Shown: positions 20,595-31,302, counted from the stretch's first letter. The stretch is 64,000 bases of DNA from Desulfatiglandales bacterium (GCA_963667015.2 CAXXJJ010000004.1:1984001-2048000), one strand, 5' to 3'. Made by a program: numbers and translations. The notes: generated by a model from the letters alone, not told the origin.

Positions 20595-21587
20595 CTAATT
20601 TTCCTTGGTCAAAAAGAATAACTCTTTTTGCCTGAGTTCCATCATTTTTTCCATTCCCCCGTTTACCCTGAGATAATCGAAATGGGACTCACAGTTGTAG
20701 ATATGCTTATCAAGAAATGCCTTGAAGGCCTCCGGATCCTTTTCTACTGTCATCCATTCCTTGATATGCTCCTCATCGGAAAAATACTCATATGCCATAT
20801 TGCCTGGATAACTGCCGTAAGGGACTTCACAGACAGCGTCTACCAGATAATAGGGAATTGCCGTTTTGATAGGCTCTGCGCGGATTTCATCACTGGAAAT
20901 AATACGTTCTGTAGTAATAATCAATTTTTTTGCAGCCCTTGCAATGTCAAGGTCAGCGATTGTTATTCCTCTGATCTGGCAATTGCCGTAGATATCGCAG
21001 GCATGTACGTGAATAGCCGCCACATCAGGATAAAGTGCCGGAACAGCCATGTAGGGTTCCCCGGTAAAGGGGCATGTTATGGTCTTTCCTGCACCATATT
21101 TATATGTTTCTGTTCCAAGGGTTGACCTTATGGGCAGAAAGGCGACGCCCATTGCAGCAGCCCTGAACCTGGCTGCCAGACCGTAATTACTCCATTCAGT
21201 AACCTGAACTTCACCGCTCTGTATATATTTGCGTGCATTTGGTGAAAGTCCTCTGGCCTCGAGGCCTACAACATAGGAGGCATCGAGTTTGTCAAAAACC
21301 TTGCCAGCAGATAAAATCTGGAAATCATGTGTCGTTGTATGTCCGGCAAAGCCCATATTTTTTCGCCCCAGCCTCAACAGTTCATGACATACTGATGTAG
21401 GGATTCTGTTTGCTCCAAAACCACCGGTGGCGAGGTAATCACCATCTTTTGTGAATTTCTCGACCGCCTCTTTAACTGACATCAACTTGCTTTTCATTTC
21501 CCTGGATTTCGTCCTGAAATAGGCCCGCGCATTGTCCGGATCAGGGTCTGTAAAAAGCTTTCCAATGCCATTTTCAAAAGCTTCCAT
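20595..21587 (-). CDS. gctA: Family I CoA-transferase alpha subunit
   Basis: GGF..NRIP, RFRAAAMGVAFLP, CPFTGE, PALYPDVA.IH, VDAVCEVPYGSYP. Confidence 0.8.
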   Translation of the reverse strand: MEAFENGIGKLFTDPDPDNARAYFRTKSREMKSKLMSVKEAVEKFTKDGDYLATGGFGANRIPTSVCHELLRLGRKNMGFAGHTTTHDFQILSAGKVFDKLDASYVVGLEARGLSPNARKYIQSGEVQVTEWSNYGLAARFRAAAMGVAFLPIRSTLGTETYKYGAGKTITCPFTGEPYMAVPALYPDVAAIHVHACDIYGNCQIRGITIADLDIARAAKKLIITTERIISSDEIRAEPIKTAIPYYLVDAVCEVPYGSYPGNMAYEYFSDEEHIKEWMTVEKDPEAFKAFLDKHIYNCESHFDYLRVNGGMEKMMELRQKELFFLTKEN

Positions 21588-21957
21588 TTTTTATTGCTCC
21601 TTTCAATTCTTTTTGAACTACCCATTAAGATTGTGAATCAAATATCATGATTCTTAAAATGACTAAATTTATTTTATCTGTAGTCATGCAGGGTAATTTG
21701 ATCATATAGATTTATACTAGTCAATCCACAAAAATAACTTCTAAGCTTTTTATCATTGCTCCTTTAGAAGGCACCTTGAAAAAATCACAAAAAAGGCTGA
21801 AAATATCTAATAATGTTAGTAAATAAATTTTCTGGAGAATCTTTTAAAACATCTGTGTTATACTTGCAAAGCCAATTTTGAAACGTGAAATACATGTCAA
21901 TCAATTAAAATTATTAATAATTCAGCATCATCATTTAACAACTCACAGGAGAATGCC

Positions 21958-22803
21958 ATGAAATGGAAACAGTTTTTCACTCCGGTCAAGTCTGTTTCTG
22001 CCGAAGAGGCAAAAAAGCTTCTTTCTGAAACATCTTTATCAGACATAACAATCCTTGATGTAAGGCAGCCTAAAGAATATGAGGAAGAACATATCCCAGG
22101 CGCAAAACTGATCCCTATTGCCGATGTCGGAAACCGCCTTGATGAACTTGATCCTTCAAAACCAACCCTTGTTTATTGTGCTGTTGGCGGACGCAGCAGG
22201 GTAGCAGCTCAGATGCTTGCCGGAAAAGATTTCACCAGGATTATGAATCTTACAGGTGGAATCAAGGCCTGGAAGGGGGAAAAGGCCATTATGGGAGAAG
22301 AAAAGGGTCTGGAACTTTTTACAGGCAATGAGTCACTCGAAGAGACACTCACTATTGCCTATGGGCTGGAACTGGGCCTTGAGGAATTTTATATATCGAT
22401 GATGGAAAATGCAAAAAATAATCTGGTCGAAAACCTGTTCGAAAAATTATCCAGGATAGAAATAAAACACAGGACTCGAATATTCAAGGAGTATATAAGG
22501 TTTTCCGGCAGCGATATATCTGAGGAAGAGTTCGCGTCCCGGGAAGTAGCCTATTTATCTGAGGGGGGGATGTCTACAAAGGAATATATTGAATATTTCA
22601 AACCGGATCTGGGATCTCCGGAAGGAGTGATTGAAATGGCAATGTCTATTGAAGCGCAGGCACTGGATCTCTATTTCAGGGCTTCTGAACGGGCAGAGGC
22701 CGATGAAAGTAAGAATTTTTTCTCTCAAATGGCAAATGAAGAACAGGCACATCTCAAACAGCTCGGAGACCTGATGGATACAATATTAAGTGAAAGGAGT
22801 TAA
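21958..22803 (+). CDS. Rhodanese domain + rubrerythrin/ferritin-like fusion
   Basis: LDVRQPKEY...HIPGA, active-site loop YCAVGGRS, LTGGIKAW; diiron-type E..H motifs (IEIKH, EEQAH). Confidence 0.85.
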   Translation: MKWKQFFTPVKSVSAEEAKKLLSETSLSDITILDVRQPKEYEEEHIPGAKLIPIADVGNRLDELDPSKPTLVYCAVGGRSRVAAQMLAGKDFTRIMNLTGGIKAWKGEKAIMGEEKGLELFTGNESLEETLTIAYGLELGLEEFYISMMENAKNNLVENLFEKLSRIEIKHRTRIFKEYIRFSGSDISEEEFASREVAYLSEGGMSTKEYIEYFKPDLGSPEGVIEMAMSIEAQALDLYFRASERAEADESKNFFSQMANEEQAHLKQLGDLMDTILSERS

Positions 22804-22805
22804 AG

Positions 22806-23915
22806 TTGAGCAAACAACTACTGCTTGTTGGCGGCGGTCACGCCCACATGATGGCCCTGGCCTCGATTCATGAGTTTATCGGCAAAGGATATGATGTTAC
22901 AGTTATCGGTCCTTCCGACTATCATTACTATTCGGGCATGGGCCCCGGAATGCTTGGAGGGTTTTACACGCCAGGGGATATCAGGTTCGCTACACGGCAT
23001 GTGGTTGAAAAACAGAACGGGAAATTTATCCTGGGCAAGGCCGTACGGGTTGATCCTGCAAAAAAGATCGTGTATATGGATTCAGGTGAAGAGGTGCCAT
23101 ATGACGTTGTTTCCTTTAATGCAGGCAGCCAAATCCCCATGCCGGACATTGAGGGCTCGACAGAGAATATATACACATCAAAGCCGATAGAAAAGCTTCT
23201 TGAGGCCCGTGATAGAATAAAGGAGCGCCTGTCAGAAAAACCTCTTCGGATCGGGGTTGTGGGCGGAGGACCATCTTCCGTTGAAATCGCAGGGAATGTC
23301 TGGAGACTCTGCAAAAATGCCAAAAACAGTTCGGAAATAACCGTTCTGGCAGGAAGTATTCTTATGGCACGATTTCCTGACGGAATCCGGAAAAGGGCAA
23401 AAAAATCCCTGTTAAAAAGGGGAATAAAGATTATAGAAGGAACCCGTGTAAGAAGGATAAAAGACAGCAGTATAACTCTGGAAAGTGGAGAAACTTATAC
23501 CTTTGATTTTATCTTTCTCGGTCTTGGTGTCAGGCCGAATCCAATCTTTAAAAATTCTGGCCTGCCTGTCGGACCGGACGACGGTCTTCTGGTGAATAAA
23601 TATCTGCAAAGCATAAAATATGAAAATATGTTTGGCGGAGGCGACTGTATATATTTTCAGGCGCAGCCACTGAATAAGGTTGGGGTATATGCGGTGCGTG
23701 AGAATCCGATACTGGTCAACAACCTTATGGCGCAGCTTGAAGGCAGGGAACTAGAGGCCTTTGATCCGGGAGGAGACTGCCTGCTTATATTCAACATGGG
23801 TGACGAAACAGGCATTCTCAAGAAAAAATGGCTAACCTTTGGCGGTAAGCTGGCCTTTACAATAAAGGATTATATTGACATGAAGTTCATGAAGAAATTT
23901 CAGGCTATTGAATAA
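22806..23915 (+). CDS. FAD-dependent pyridine nucleotide-disulfide oxidoreductase (NDH-2/SelD N-terminal-like)
   Basis: LLLVGGGHAH, YYSGMGPG, VVGGGPSSVEIA, FGGGDC, K.GVYAVR, KDYID.KFM. Confidence 0.8.
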   Translation: MSKQLLLVGGGHAHMMALASIHEFIGKGYDVTVIGPSDYHYYSGMGPGMLGGFYTPGDIRFATRHVVEKQNGKFILGKAVRVDPAKKIVYMDSGEEVPYDVVSFNAGSQIPMPDIEGSTENIYTSKPIEKLLEARDRIKERLSEKPLRIGVVGGGPSSVEIAGNVWRLCKNAKNSSEITVLAGSILMARFPDGIRKRAKKSLLKRGIKIIEGTRVRRIKDSSITLESGETYTFDFIFLGLGVRPNPIFKNSGLPVGPDDGLLVNKYLQSIKYENMFGGGDCIYFQAQPLNKVGVYAVRENPILVNNLMAQLEGRELEAFDPGGDCLLIFNMGDETGILKKKWLTFGGKLAFTIKDYIDMKFMKKFQAIE

Positions 23916-24007
23916 AGTATATTAAAAGGGTGCAGCCAGTCTTAAAAAAACGATGGCAAAATATTAACCTACCCTGCAAATAAAATAGGAAAGGAACCGC
24001 TATTGAT

Positions 24008-26929
24008 ATGAAATCCATCTACATTATGATGATACTGGTTATATTGTCCGGCTTCATGCTGCAGAACAGTGCGGTCCTTGCACTTTCTAATCAATCCTAT
24101 CTGTCATCACTGCCTGAATCAGATAGTTTTCCCCTTATTGAAAATAACACACCGGTTGATATCTATATTGACGACAGTGATCACAAAGGTCTTATAAGGG
24201 CTGCGCGTGACCTTCAGACAGATATAGGAAATGTAACAGGAATTGAACCGAATATAACTAACAGCATTGATTCGCTCAAATCAAAGGCTGTTTTTATCGG
24301 GACAATTGGAAAGAGTTCAGCCATAGATAATCTAATACTTGAGGGAAAGCTTGATATCAGTGGGATAAAGGGAAAATGGGAATCTTTTATAATAGAAATA
24401 GTTACAAATCCTGTTCCAAATGTTGATACAGGGCTTGTCATCGCCGGCAGTGATAAAAGAGGCAGTATTTATGGATGTTATGATCTCTCTGAACAGATGG
24501 GTGTTTCACCATGGTACTGGTGGGCTGATGTACCGGTCATGAAAAAAAAGGCCCTGTATGTGAAGAATGGAAAAATCATCAACGGACCGCCTAAAGTAAA
24601 ATACAGGGGAATATTCCTGAATGATGAAGAACCGGCGCTCGGAAGATGGGCAGTTGAAAAATATGGAGGTTTCACGCACAAATTTTACGAAAAGATCTTT
24701 GAGCTGATACTTCGCTTAAAGGGAAACTACTTATGGCCTGCAATGTGGTGGGCAAGCTTCAACAGTGATGACCCTCTAAATCCCCAACTGGCAGATGAAT
24801 ACGGCATTGTAATAGGAACAACCCATCATGAGCCGATGATGCGTGCACATGCGGAATGGAAACAGGGCAATGGGGGAGACTGGAATTATGAAACAAACGA
24901 AGAAAACTTAAAAAAATTCTGGACCGAGGGAATAAAGCGAATGGGCAATTTCGAGAGCATTGTCACCCTTGCGATGAGGGGTGACGGTGACATAGCCATG
25001 AGCGGAGATACAAATATCAAGCTGCTGGAAAAGATAGTAAGGGATCAGCGCGATATTCTTGGCAAGGTAACAGATAAGGATATTACAACAATCCCACAGG
25101 TCTGGGCACTCTACAAGGAGGTACAGGATTACTATGACAAGGGCATGGTAGTACCTGATGACGTTACCCTGCTTTTATGTGATGATAACTGGGGAAACGT
25201 GCGAAGCCTGCCGGTGCCAGGGACGCCGTCCAGAGCCGGCGGTTATGGAATGTATTATCACTTTGATTTTGTCGGGGGCCCAAGAAATTATAAATGGGTA
25301 AATACCGTTTCTATTCCACGTGTCTGGGAACAGATGAACCTGGCATACCGCCATGGTGTCGACAGAATCTGGATAGTAAATGTAGGTGACCTTAAACCAA
25401 TGGAACTGCCCATATCCTTTTTTATGGATTATGCATGGGATCCGGATAAATGGCCTGCCGAACGTCTGCAGGAATACACTCAACTTTGGGCAGAACAGCA
25501 GTTTGGTGCTGAGTATTCCAGAGAAATCGCCTCAATCCTGAGAGAATACACGAGATTTAACAGCAGGCGTAAGCCGGAAATGCTCGGGCCCGATGTCTAC
25601 AGCCTGGCACATTACAGGGAAGCGGAAAGCATTGTTGATGACTATAATCATCTCGCTGAAAAAGCCGGGATAATAGCATCACTGATCCCGCCAGAATATA
25701 AAGACAGCTATTATGAACTTGTCCATCATCCGGTACTTGCCTGTGCAAACCTGAATGAACTCCACGTCACGGTAGCCAAAAACAGATTATATGCCGCACA
25801 GGGAAGAGCGGCGACAAATAATCTTGTAGAAAAGGCAGAAAGTCTTTTCATGCGCGATGCTGAAATATCCCATTATTATAATAAGATTCTTGCCGAAGGG
25901 AAATGGAACCATATGATGGACCAGACCCACATCAGCTACACATACTGGCAGCAGCCTGACAAGGATGTAATGCCTGACGTAATAACCATTGACCTCCCCG
26001 AGACTCCAGATATGGGCGTTAGTGTTGAAGGCACCGCAGAATGGTGGCCTCAGAGTCAGAAGGTATGCCTTCCTGAATTTGATAACTTCAACAGGCAGAC
26101 ATATTATATAGAATTATTTAATAGAGGCTTTGTCCCCTTTGAATATAGTGTGCGACCAAACAAACCATGGATCATAGTAACGCCTGATAAAGGCACAATA
26201 GAGAAGGAAAAGCGTATTAATGTTGACATCAACTGGTCAAAGGCACCCTCAGGGATACACAGCGGGACTATTACCGTCACAGGACCATATGGAAACCAGG
26301 TTGATGTTGAATTGACATTAAAAAATCACAGCACTCCATCTGTTGCAAGTATCAATGGATTTATTGAAGGTAACGGTTATATATCCATTGAATCGGAACA
26401 TTATACAGAGGCTATTGATAAGGATGATATCAGATGGCTGAAAGTCCCTGATCTTGGCCGGACCCTGTCAGGGATGATAACCGTGCCGGTTACAGCAGCT
26501 GTAAAGGATACTGAAGAAAACAGCCCGAGACTGGAATACAGGATATACTTTTTTACCAAAGGTGATGTTGAGATATATGCATATGTCAACCCCACCAGGA
26601 ATTTCTATAATACAGACGGGCTTCATTACGGAATTTCGATTGATGATGAAAAACCGCAGATAGTAAACATACACGAAAACGATACAATACCGGACTGGAA
26701 ATATCCCCCTGTCTGGAATGAGGCAGTTGGCAGAAATATTCAAATACTTGTATCAAAGCACCATATCACTGAACCAGGCTGGCATGTATTAAAATACCGG
26801 ATGGTTGACCCGGCTGTCGCACTCCAAAGGCTGGTAGTGGATACCGGGGGATTAAAGCCAAGCTACCTCGGACCGCCGGAGAGTTTTCATAAGATAATTT
26901 CCGGGACAGGGATAACAGGCCAGTATTAA
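24008..26929 (+). CDS. Secreted glycoside hydrolase family 115 (alpha-glucuronidase-like)
   Basis: Signal peptide; GSDKRG.IYG.YDLSEQMGVSPWYWWAD, YRGIFLNDE, ELILRLKGNYLWPAMW, HHEPMMR, DDNWG, YYHFD.VG.PRNY. Confidence 0.9.
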   Translation: MKSIYIMMILVILSGFMLQNSAVLALSNQSYLSSLPESDSFPLIENNTPVDIYIDDSDHKGLIRAARDLQTDIGNVTGIEPNITNSIDSLKSKAVFIGTIGKSSAIDNLILEGKLDISGIKGKWESFIIEIVTNPVPNVDTGLVIAGSDKRGSIYGCYDLSEQMGVSPWYWWADVPVMKKKALYVKNGKIINGPPKVKYRGIFLNDEEPALGRWAVEKYGGFTHKFYEKIFELILRLKGNYLWPAMWWASFNSDDPLNPQLADEYGIVIGTTHHEPMMRAHAEWKQGNGGDWNYETNEENLKKFWTEGIKRMGNFESIVTLAMRGDGDIAMSGDTNIKLLEKIVRDQRDILGKVTDKDITTIPQVWALYKEVQDYYDKGMVVPDDVTLLLCDDNWGNVRSLPVPGTPSRAGGYGMYYHFDFVGGPRNYKWVNTVSIPRVWEQMNLAYRHGVDRIWIVNVGDLKPMELPISFFMDYAWDPDKWPAERLQEYTQLWAEQQFGAEYSREIASILREYTRFNSRRKPEMLGPDVYSLAHYREAESIVDDYNHLAEKAGIIASLIPPEYKDSYYELVHHPVLACANLNELHVTVAKNRLYAAQGRAATNNLVEKAESLFMRDAEISHYYNKILAEGKWNHMMDQTHISYTYWQQPDKDVMPDVITIDLPETPDMGVSVEGTAEWWPQSQKVCLPEFDNFNRQTYYIELFNRGFVPFEYSVRPNKPWIIVTPDKGTIEKEKRINVDINWSKAPSGIHSGTITVTGPYGNQVDVELTLKNHSTPSVASINGFIEGNGYISIESEHYTEAIDKDDIRWLKVPDLGRTLSGMITVPVTAAVKDTEENSPRLEYRIYFFTKGDVEIYAYVNPTRNFYNTDGLHYGISIDDEKPQIVNIHENDTIPDWKYPPVWNEAVGRNIQILVSKHHITEPGWHVLKYRMVDPAVALQRLVVDTGGLKPSYLGPPESFHKIISGTGITGQY

Positions 26930-27006
26930 TATCATTATTTTTCTATTTAGCCCTTTAGTACATCGCATCATTCCGCAGATTGACGTAGAGATTGTCCATA
27001 AACTGT

Positions 27007-28671
27007 TTAAGACAGCATTCCAATCAGATGACTTGCCTGTCCTTTTGTTATTCCGTTTGGAACATCGAGATTCTTGTTTCTTAATGTATTCAACTGCTTT
27101 TCTGTAGCAGGCTGGTTTCGCCACCTCGAGTAGAGACTCACCAGAGGCAGAAGATCACTGAATTGATCCCTGACCAGCTGTTCAGCCGAATGAATGGCAT
27201 GAGGCAAATCCGGTCTTACGGCAAGGACCTTTTCGACTCCCTTTTGTGAAAAGGTTACTTCATATTTATTAAGGATTGTGGGCATTATGGTTAACGCCCT
27301 TCCTTCTGCAAGAGAAAGCCTGAAACCGCCCCTTCCCAGAGCGGTCCACGCGAAGTCGGCATATTCTTCTATCTCCCAAGGAGTCTCCAGGTCAAAAAGA
27401 TCGATTTTTGTGCATCTGTACCTGAGGTCCGAAAGTGACTCGGCGCTTTCAATATGAACCCATGGTCTGTTTTCCTCCACCCATTTTATGGCTTCCCTTG
27501 CTTCATCGGTTGTATGTCCCTCAAGATCAAAACTGCCCGAAAGTCCGAACAGCAATGGAAGGGTTGTAAGGCTGTGGCCTTTGGTGACATCCACAATATC
27601 AACTATGGTTACATTTTCCTTCCCGGGATGAAGCCTTGTTCCTCTGCCTATCATCTGGGTATAAAGCAGGGAAGATTTTGTGGGTCTGGCAAGTATAATC
27701 CCTTCAACAGACGGTTCGTCATAACCTTCGGTCAGCACCATGCAGTTTGCAATGACATCGATATTCCCCATACTGAAATCGGAAAGTATCTTTTCTCTAA
27801 GGGACATATCCATATCCCCTGAAATGGCTTCAGCCCTTATGCCTTCATCATTAAATGACTGAGCCACGCTATGGGCATGAGCAACATCAACACAAAAGCA
27901 GAGTGTCTTTTTTCCACTGAGATAGGAGTTATATACATCGGTAATAAGATTGTTTCTTTCCAGGATATTGACGGCCTTTGAAAGCTGAGAGGTTACAAAA
28001 TCCCCCATTCTGGTTTTGACCCTTGTGAGGTCCACATCCGTTTCAACCCTGTATCCTGCAACAGGTGAAAGATATCCGTCCTTTATCATTTCAGGAAGAG
28101 ACCTTGAATAAACGATCTCCTGGTATACCTCATTGAGCCCCACTCCGTCACCGCGCTTTGGAGTAGCAGTAAAGCCCACAAGAAGTTTTTTTGTTTCAGG
28201 ATTGAACAGATCCAGATATTCAAGGATCCTTTTGTATGTTTCGGCAGTGGAGTGATGTGCCTCATCCACAATTATCAGGAAAAATCTATCAGGATCGAGG
28301 TTTGTGAGCCTTGTTGAACCTTTTCTTCCCAGGGTTGGTACACTGGCCACAATGACATCACTTTCCGGATCAGCCGACCTGCCGGCCTGTTCAACTTCCA
28401 CCTTCAATCCCGGATTGGCCCTGCAAATCTTGTCCCTTGCCTGGTCAAGGAGCTCTGCCCTGTGCGCAAGGACAATCATCTGTTTTTTCATCTTAAAGTA
28501 TCGGGGAAAATCAGAAAAGATCACTGTCTTTCCCGAGCCTGTGGGAAGCGATACCAACTGACGTCTTATACCCCGTTTATATCCCTCGTAGATCGACTCA
28601 AGGCATTCCTTCTGATAATCCCTTAGAGTAATTTTTTTATATTGGTTATGTTCTATCATATTTATATTCAT
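27007..28671 (-). CDS. SF2 DEAD/DEAH-box helicase (Irc3/ResIII-like)
   Basis: LRDYQ, LPTGSGKT, VDEAHH, GFTATP.R.D, VLTEGYD.P, QMIGRGTR. Confidence 0.9.
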   Translation of the reverse strand: MNINMIEHNQYKKITLRDYQKECLESIYEGYKRGIRRQLVSLPTGSGKTVIFSDFPRYFKMKKQMIVLAHRAELLDQARDKICRANPGLKVEVEQAGRSADPESDVIVASVPTLGRKGSTRLTNLDPDRFFLIIVDEAHHSTAETYKRILEYLDLFNPETKKLLVGFTATPKRGDGVGLNEVYQEIVYSRSLPEMIKDGYLSPVAGYRVETDVDLTRVKTRMGDFVTSQLSKAVNILERNNLITDVYNSYLSGKKTLCFCVDVAHAHSVAQSFNDEGIRAEAISGDMDMSLREKILSDFSMGNIDVIANCMVLTEGYDEPSVEGIILARPTKSSLLYTQMIGRGTRLHPGKENVTIVDIVDVTKGHSLTTLPLLFGLSGSFDLEGHTTDEAREAIKWVEENRPWVHIESAESLSDLRYRCTKIDLFDLETPWEIEEYADFAWTALGRGGFRLSLAEGRALTIMPTILNKYEVTFSQKGVEKVLAVRPDLPHAIHSAEQLVRDQFSDLLPLVSLYSRWRNQPATEKQLNTLRNKNLDVPNGITKGQASHLIGMLS

Positions 28672-28821
28672 TTATATATATTCAACCTGATACAGCCATA
28701 CAATTCTAAATTAATCAAGTAATAACATTATCTATCACTCTGGTAAAATATATAAAAGAACTTGTCTATTGGAATACAATATTCTAGGCTTATAGATTAT
28801 TTTTATACACACTAATAAAAA

Positions 28822-30180
28822 ATGGATAATCAGGAATCATTTATTGACATCGGAACACCGGAAATCTTTTCGGTAAGCAGCTTGACCTCCCGGATTAAGG
28901 ATATGCTTGAGGAGCAGTTTGACTTTATCTGGATAGAGGCTGAAATATCAAATTTCCGGAAACCCTCCTCTGGTCATTATTATATGGTTTTCAAGGACGA
29001 ATATTCCCAGATTAGGGCTGTAATGTTTCGTCCACAGGCCATGTATATAAACTTTATCCCCCAGGACGGCACAAAGGTTATAGCAAGGGGCAGGATATCC
29101 GTTTATCAGCCAAGAGGAGAGTATCAGGTTATAATAGATTATCTTGAGCCGCTGGGTGTAGGCGCCATGGCCCTCGCCTTTGAGCAGTTAAAGCAGAAAC
29201 TTGCCGCAAAGGGAATATTTGATGAGGATATAAAAAAGCCGCTTCCCTTTTTACCCCGTCACGTTGCAGTCATCACATCTCCTACCGGTGCTGCCATAAG
29301 GGATTTTTTAAACATTGCCTATCGCAGGTTCACAAATCTTGAAATAACCATAATACCAGTAAAGGTTCAGGGAGAAGGTGCCAGTGAAGAGATTATCGAG
29401 GCGATATCTATTGCAAATAATGAACTGGATGCTGATACTATTGTAATCACAAGAGGCGGCGGTTCCATGGAGGATTTGTGGGAATTCAACAGTGAAGATC
29501 TTGCGTATGCGATACGGGGTTCTAAAATACCAATTGTATCGGCAGTCGGCCATGAAATTGATATAACAATATCCGATCTTGCAGCAGACCTGAGGGCGCC
29601 TACCCCGTCAGCCGCGGCAGAACTCCTGGTGGCTGAAAAAGAGGCAATAGAAAAGGACCTGAGAGATATCAGGGAAAGAATTATAAGCAGTTTCAGATAT
29701 TATCTGAGTAATTTAGGTAAATCATTAGCCGCATTGAAAAAGGGGTTGCGCGATCCCAGAAAGGGGATTGCCGATTCCTGGCTGCGACTCGATGAGATGG
29801 AAAACCGTCTTAAAAGACAGATGTCTACTCTTTTAAATGATCAAAAAAGCCGGTTAAAAAGCCAGAGCAGATCGTTGTTTGTTAACTCTCCTGTAAAAAA
29901 GATTGAACGGTACAGGGAAGCTATCAGCTTTAATCAAAAGCTGTTGATGCGCTCAATGGAAAGGGTTACAGACAGCAAAAGAAAAAAGATTGATATCTTC
30001 AGTGAAAAATTAAAGGACCTCAGTCCATATTCCATACTTGACAGAGGATACAGCATAACCAGGACTGAAGATAAAAAGGCAATCCGGTCAGCCCTGGAGG
30101 TACAGGCCGGTGACCGGGTGAGTGTTACACTTTCCGAAGGAAGCCTTGATTGTCTGGTGGAAAATATTTTTAAGGAGTAG
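28822..30180 (+). CDS. xseA: Exodeoxyribonuclease VII large subunit
   Basis: EISNF..PSSGHYY, VITSPTGAAIRD, RGGGSMEDLW.FN, SAVGHEID, APTPSAAAE. Confidence 0.96.
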   Translation: MDNQESFIDIGTPEIFSVSSLTSRIKDMLEEQFDFIWIEAEISNFRKPSSGHYYMVFKDEYSQIRAVMFRPQAMYINFIPQDGTKVIARGRISVYQPRGEYQVIIDYLEPLGVGAMALAFEQLKQKLAAKGIFDEDIKKPLPFLPRHVAVITSPTGAAIRDFLNIAYRRFTNLEITIIPVKVQGEGASEEIIEAISIANNELDADTIVITRGGGSMEDLWEFNSEDLAYAIRGSKIPIVSAVGHEIDITISDLAADLRAPTPSAAAELLVAEKEAIEKDLRDIRERIISSFRYYLSNLGKSLAALKKGLRDPRKGIADSWLRLDEMENRLKRQMSTLLNDQKSRLKSQSRSLFVNSPVKKIERYREAISFNQKLLMRSMERVTDSKRKKIDIFSEKLKDLSPYSILDRGYSITRTEDKKAIRSALEVQAGDRVSVTLSEGSLDCLVENIFKE

Positions 30181-30187
30181 AAATAAA

Positions 30188-31063
30188 ATGAGACTCTTAT
30201 CATCCTGTAAATATCTTGCTGTTTTTCTGATTCTTGCAATACAGATTCGTGCATTTACAGATGACAGCCCCATATCCCTATCATCAAAGAACCTGAATCA
30301 GGGCGAAATAATTTTTGTAAAGATACCGGGAAAAGCTGATCAGGAGCCGTCACTGAAATGGATGGACAGGGAAATATCCCTTTTATACAGATCTGATAAA
30401 AGAATTTACGAAGGCTTTATCGCGGCAGATCTTGAACAGAAACCTGGCACATACAACCTGGATTTAACATTTATACCTTCCGGCACCAAAAAGCAGGTAA
30501 AGATTAAGGTTATCAAAAAGGATTACGGGGTAAGAAATATTACCATTGCGGATGACAGCAAGGTCAACCTTAATGAAAAAGATCTGGCAAGAGCGTCAAA
30601 AGAAAGTGCTGTTATGAACAAATTATGGGGTGAATCAGTTATCGCCCCTTTCTGGAAAACATCATTTATTATGCCCCTTGACAGTGACGTATCAGGAACA
30701 TTCGGCCGCAGGAGCATAATAAATAACCAGCCGAGATCTCCTCATTCCGGTGTGGATATGCGGGGTAAAAAGGGAACGCCTGTAAAGGCCGTTAATGACG
30801 GACTGGTTGTGCTTACAGGCGATCATTTCTTTACTGGAAATACAGTTGTGATCGATCATGGAGCAGGAATTCTGAGTATGTACTTTCACCTTGATAAAAT
30901 AAATGTTAAGAAGGGTGACAAAATTTCCAGGGGTGAAATCCTGGGGGCTGTTGGTTCCACAGGAAGGGCAACAGGCCCTCATCTTCACTGGGGAGTAAGG
31001 GTAGATGGTAAGAGGGTTGATCCTGTAAATCTCGTGGAAATAAGCAGTAAACTGGAGGAATAA
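30188..31063 (+). CDS. M23 family metallopeptidase (start revised to ATG 30188)
   Basis: HSGVD, YFHL, STGRATGPHLHW; signal-like N-terminus MRLLSS..; the 30122 start overlaps xseA. Confidence 0.88.
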   Translation: MRLLSSCKYLAVFLILAIQIRAFTDDSPISLSSKNLNQGEIIFVKIPGKADQEPSLKWMDREISLLYRSDKRIYEGFIAADLEQKPGTYNLDLTFIPSGTKKQVKIKVIKKDYGVRNITIADDSKVNLNEKDLARASKESAVMNKLWGESVIAPFWKTSFIMPLDSDVSGTFGRRSIINNQPRSPHSGVDMRGKKGTPVKAVNDGLVVLTGDHFFTGNTVVIDHGAGILSMYFHLDKINVKKGDKISRGEILGAVGSTGRATGPHLHWGVRVDGKRVDPVNLVEISSKLEE

Positions 31064-31302
31064 TGGCTGAAGATAAATTTGAAGACGCAATGCAAAGGCT
31101 TGAAGACATCGTGGAAGACCTTGAAGGCGGAGACCTCCCCCTTGAGGATTCCCTTAAGGCCTTTGAAGATGGCATGAAATTATTGACATTCTGCTCCGAC
31201 AAGCTCGATGAGGTTGAAAAACGTGTGACTATTCTGGTAAAGGAGAGTGACGGAAGATATACAAAAAAGCCATTTGACAGGGATGAACAGGAAGAATCCT
31301 GA
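31063..31302 (+). CDS. xseB: Exodeoxyribonuclease VII small subunit
   Basis: FEDAMQRLEDIVEDLE.GDLPLEDSL..FEDG. Confidence 0.95.
   Translation: MAEDKFEDAMQRLEDIVEDLEGGDLPLEDSLKAFEDGMKLLTFCSDKLDEVEKRVTILVKESDGRYTKKPFDRDEQEES

Noticed and set aside
21630..21725. Weak palindromes (Rex/TetR-like) between gctA and the rhodanese gene
   Set aside because: Too degenerate in AT-rich DNA to support a call
22171..22215. Selenocysteine recoding in the rhodanese active site
   Set aside because: Codon is TGT (Cys); no in-frame TGA
30188..31063. M23 peptidase splitting xseA and xseB as a novel insertion
   Set aside because: This arrangement is, to my knowledge, common in deltaproteobacteria
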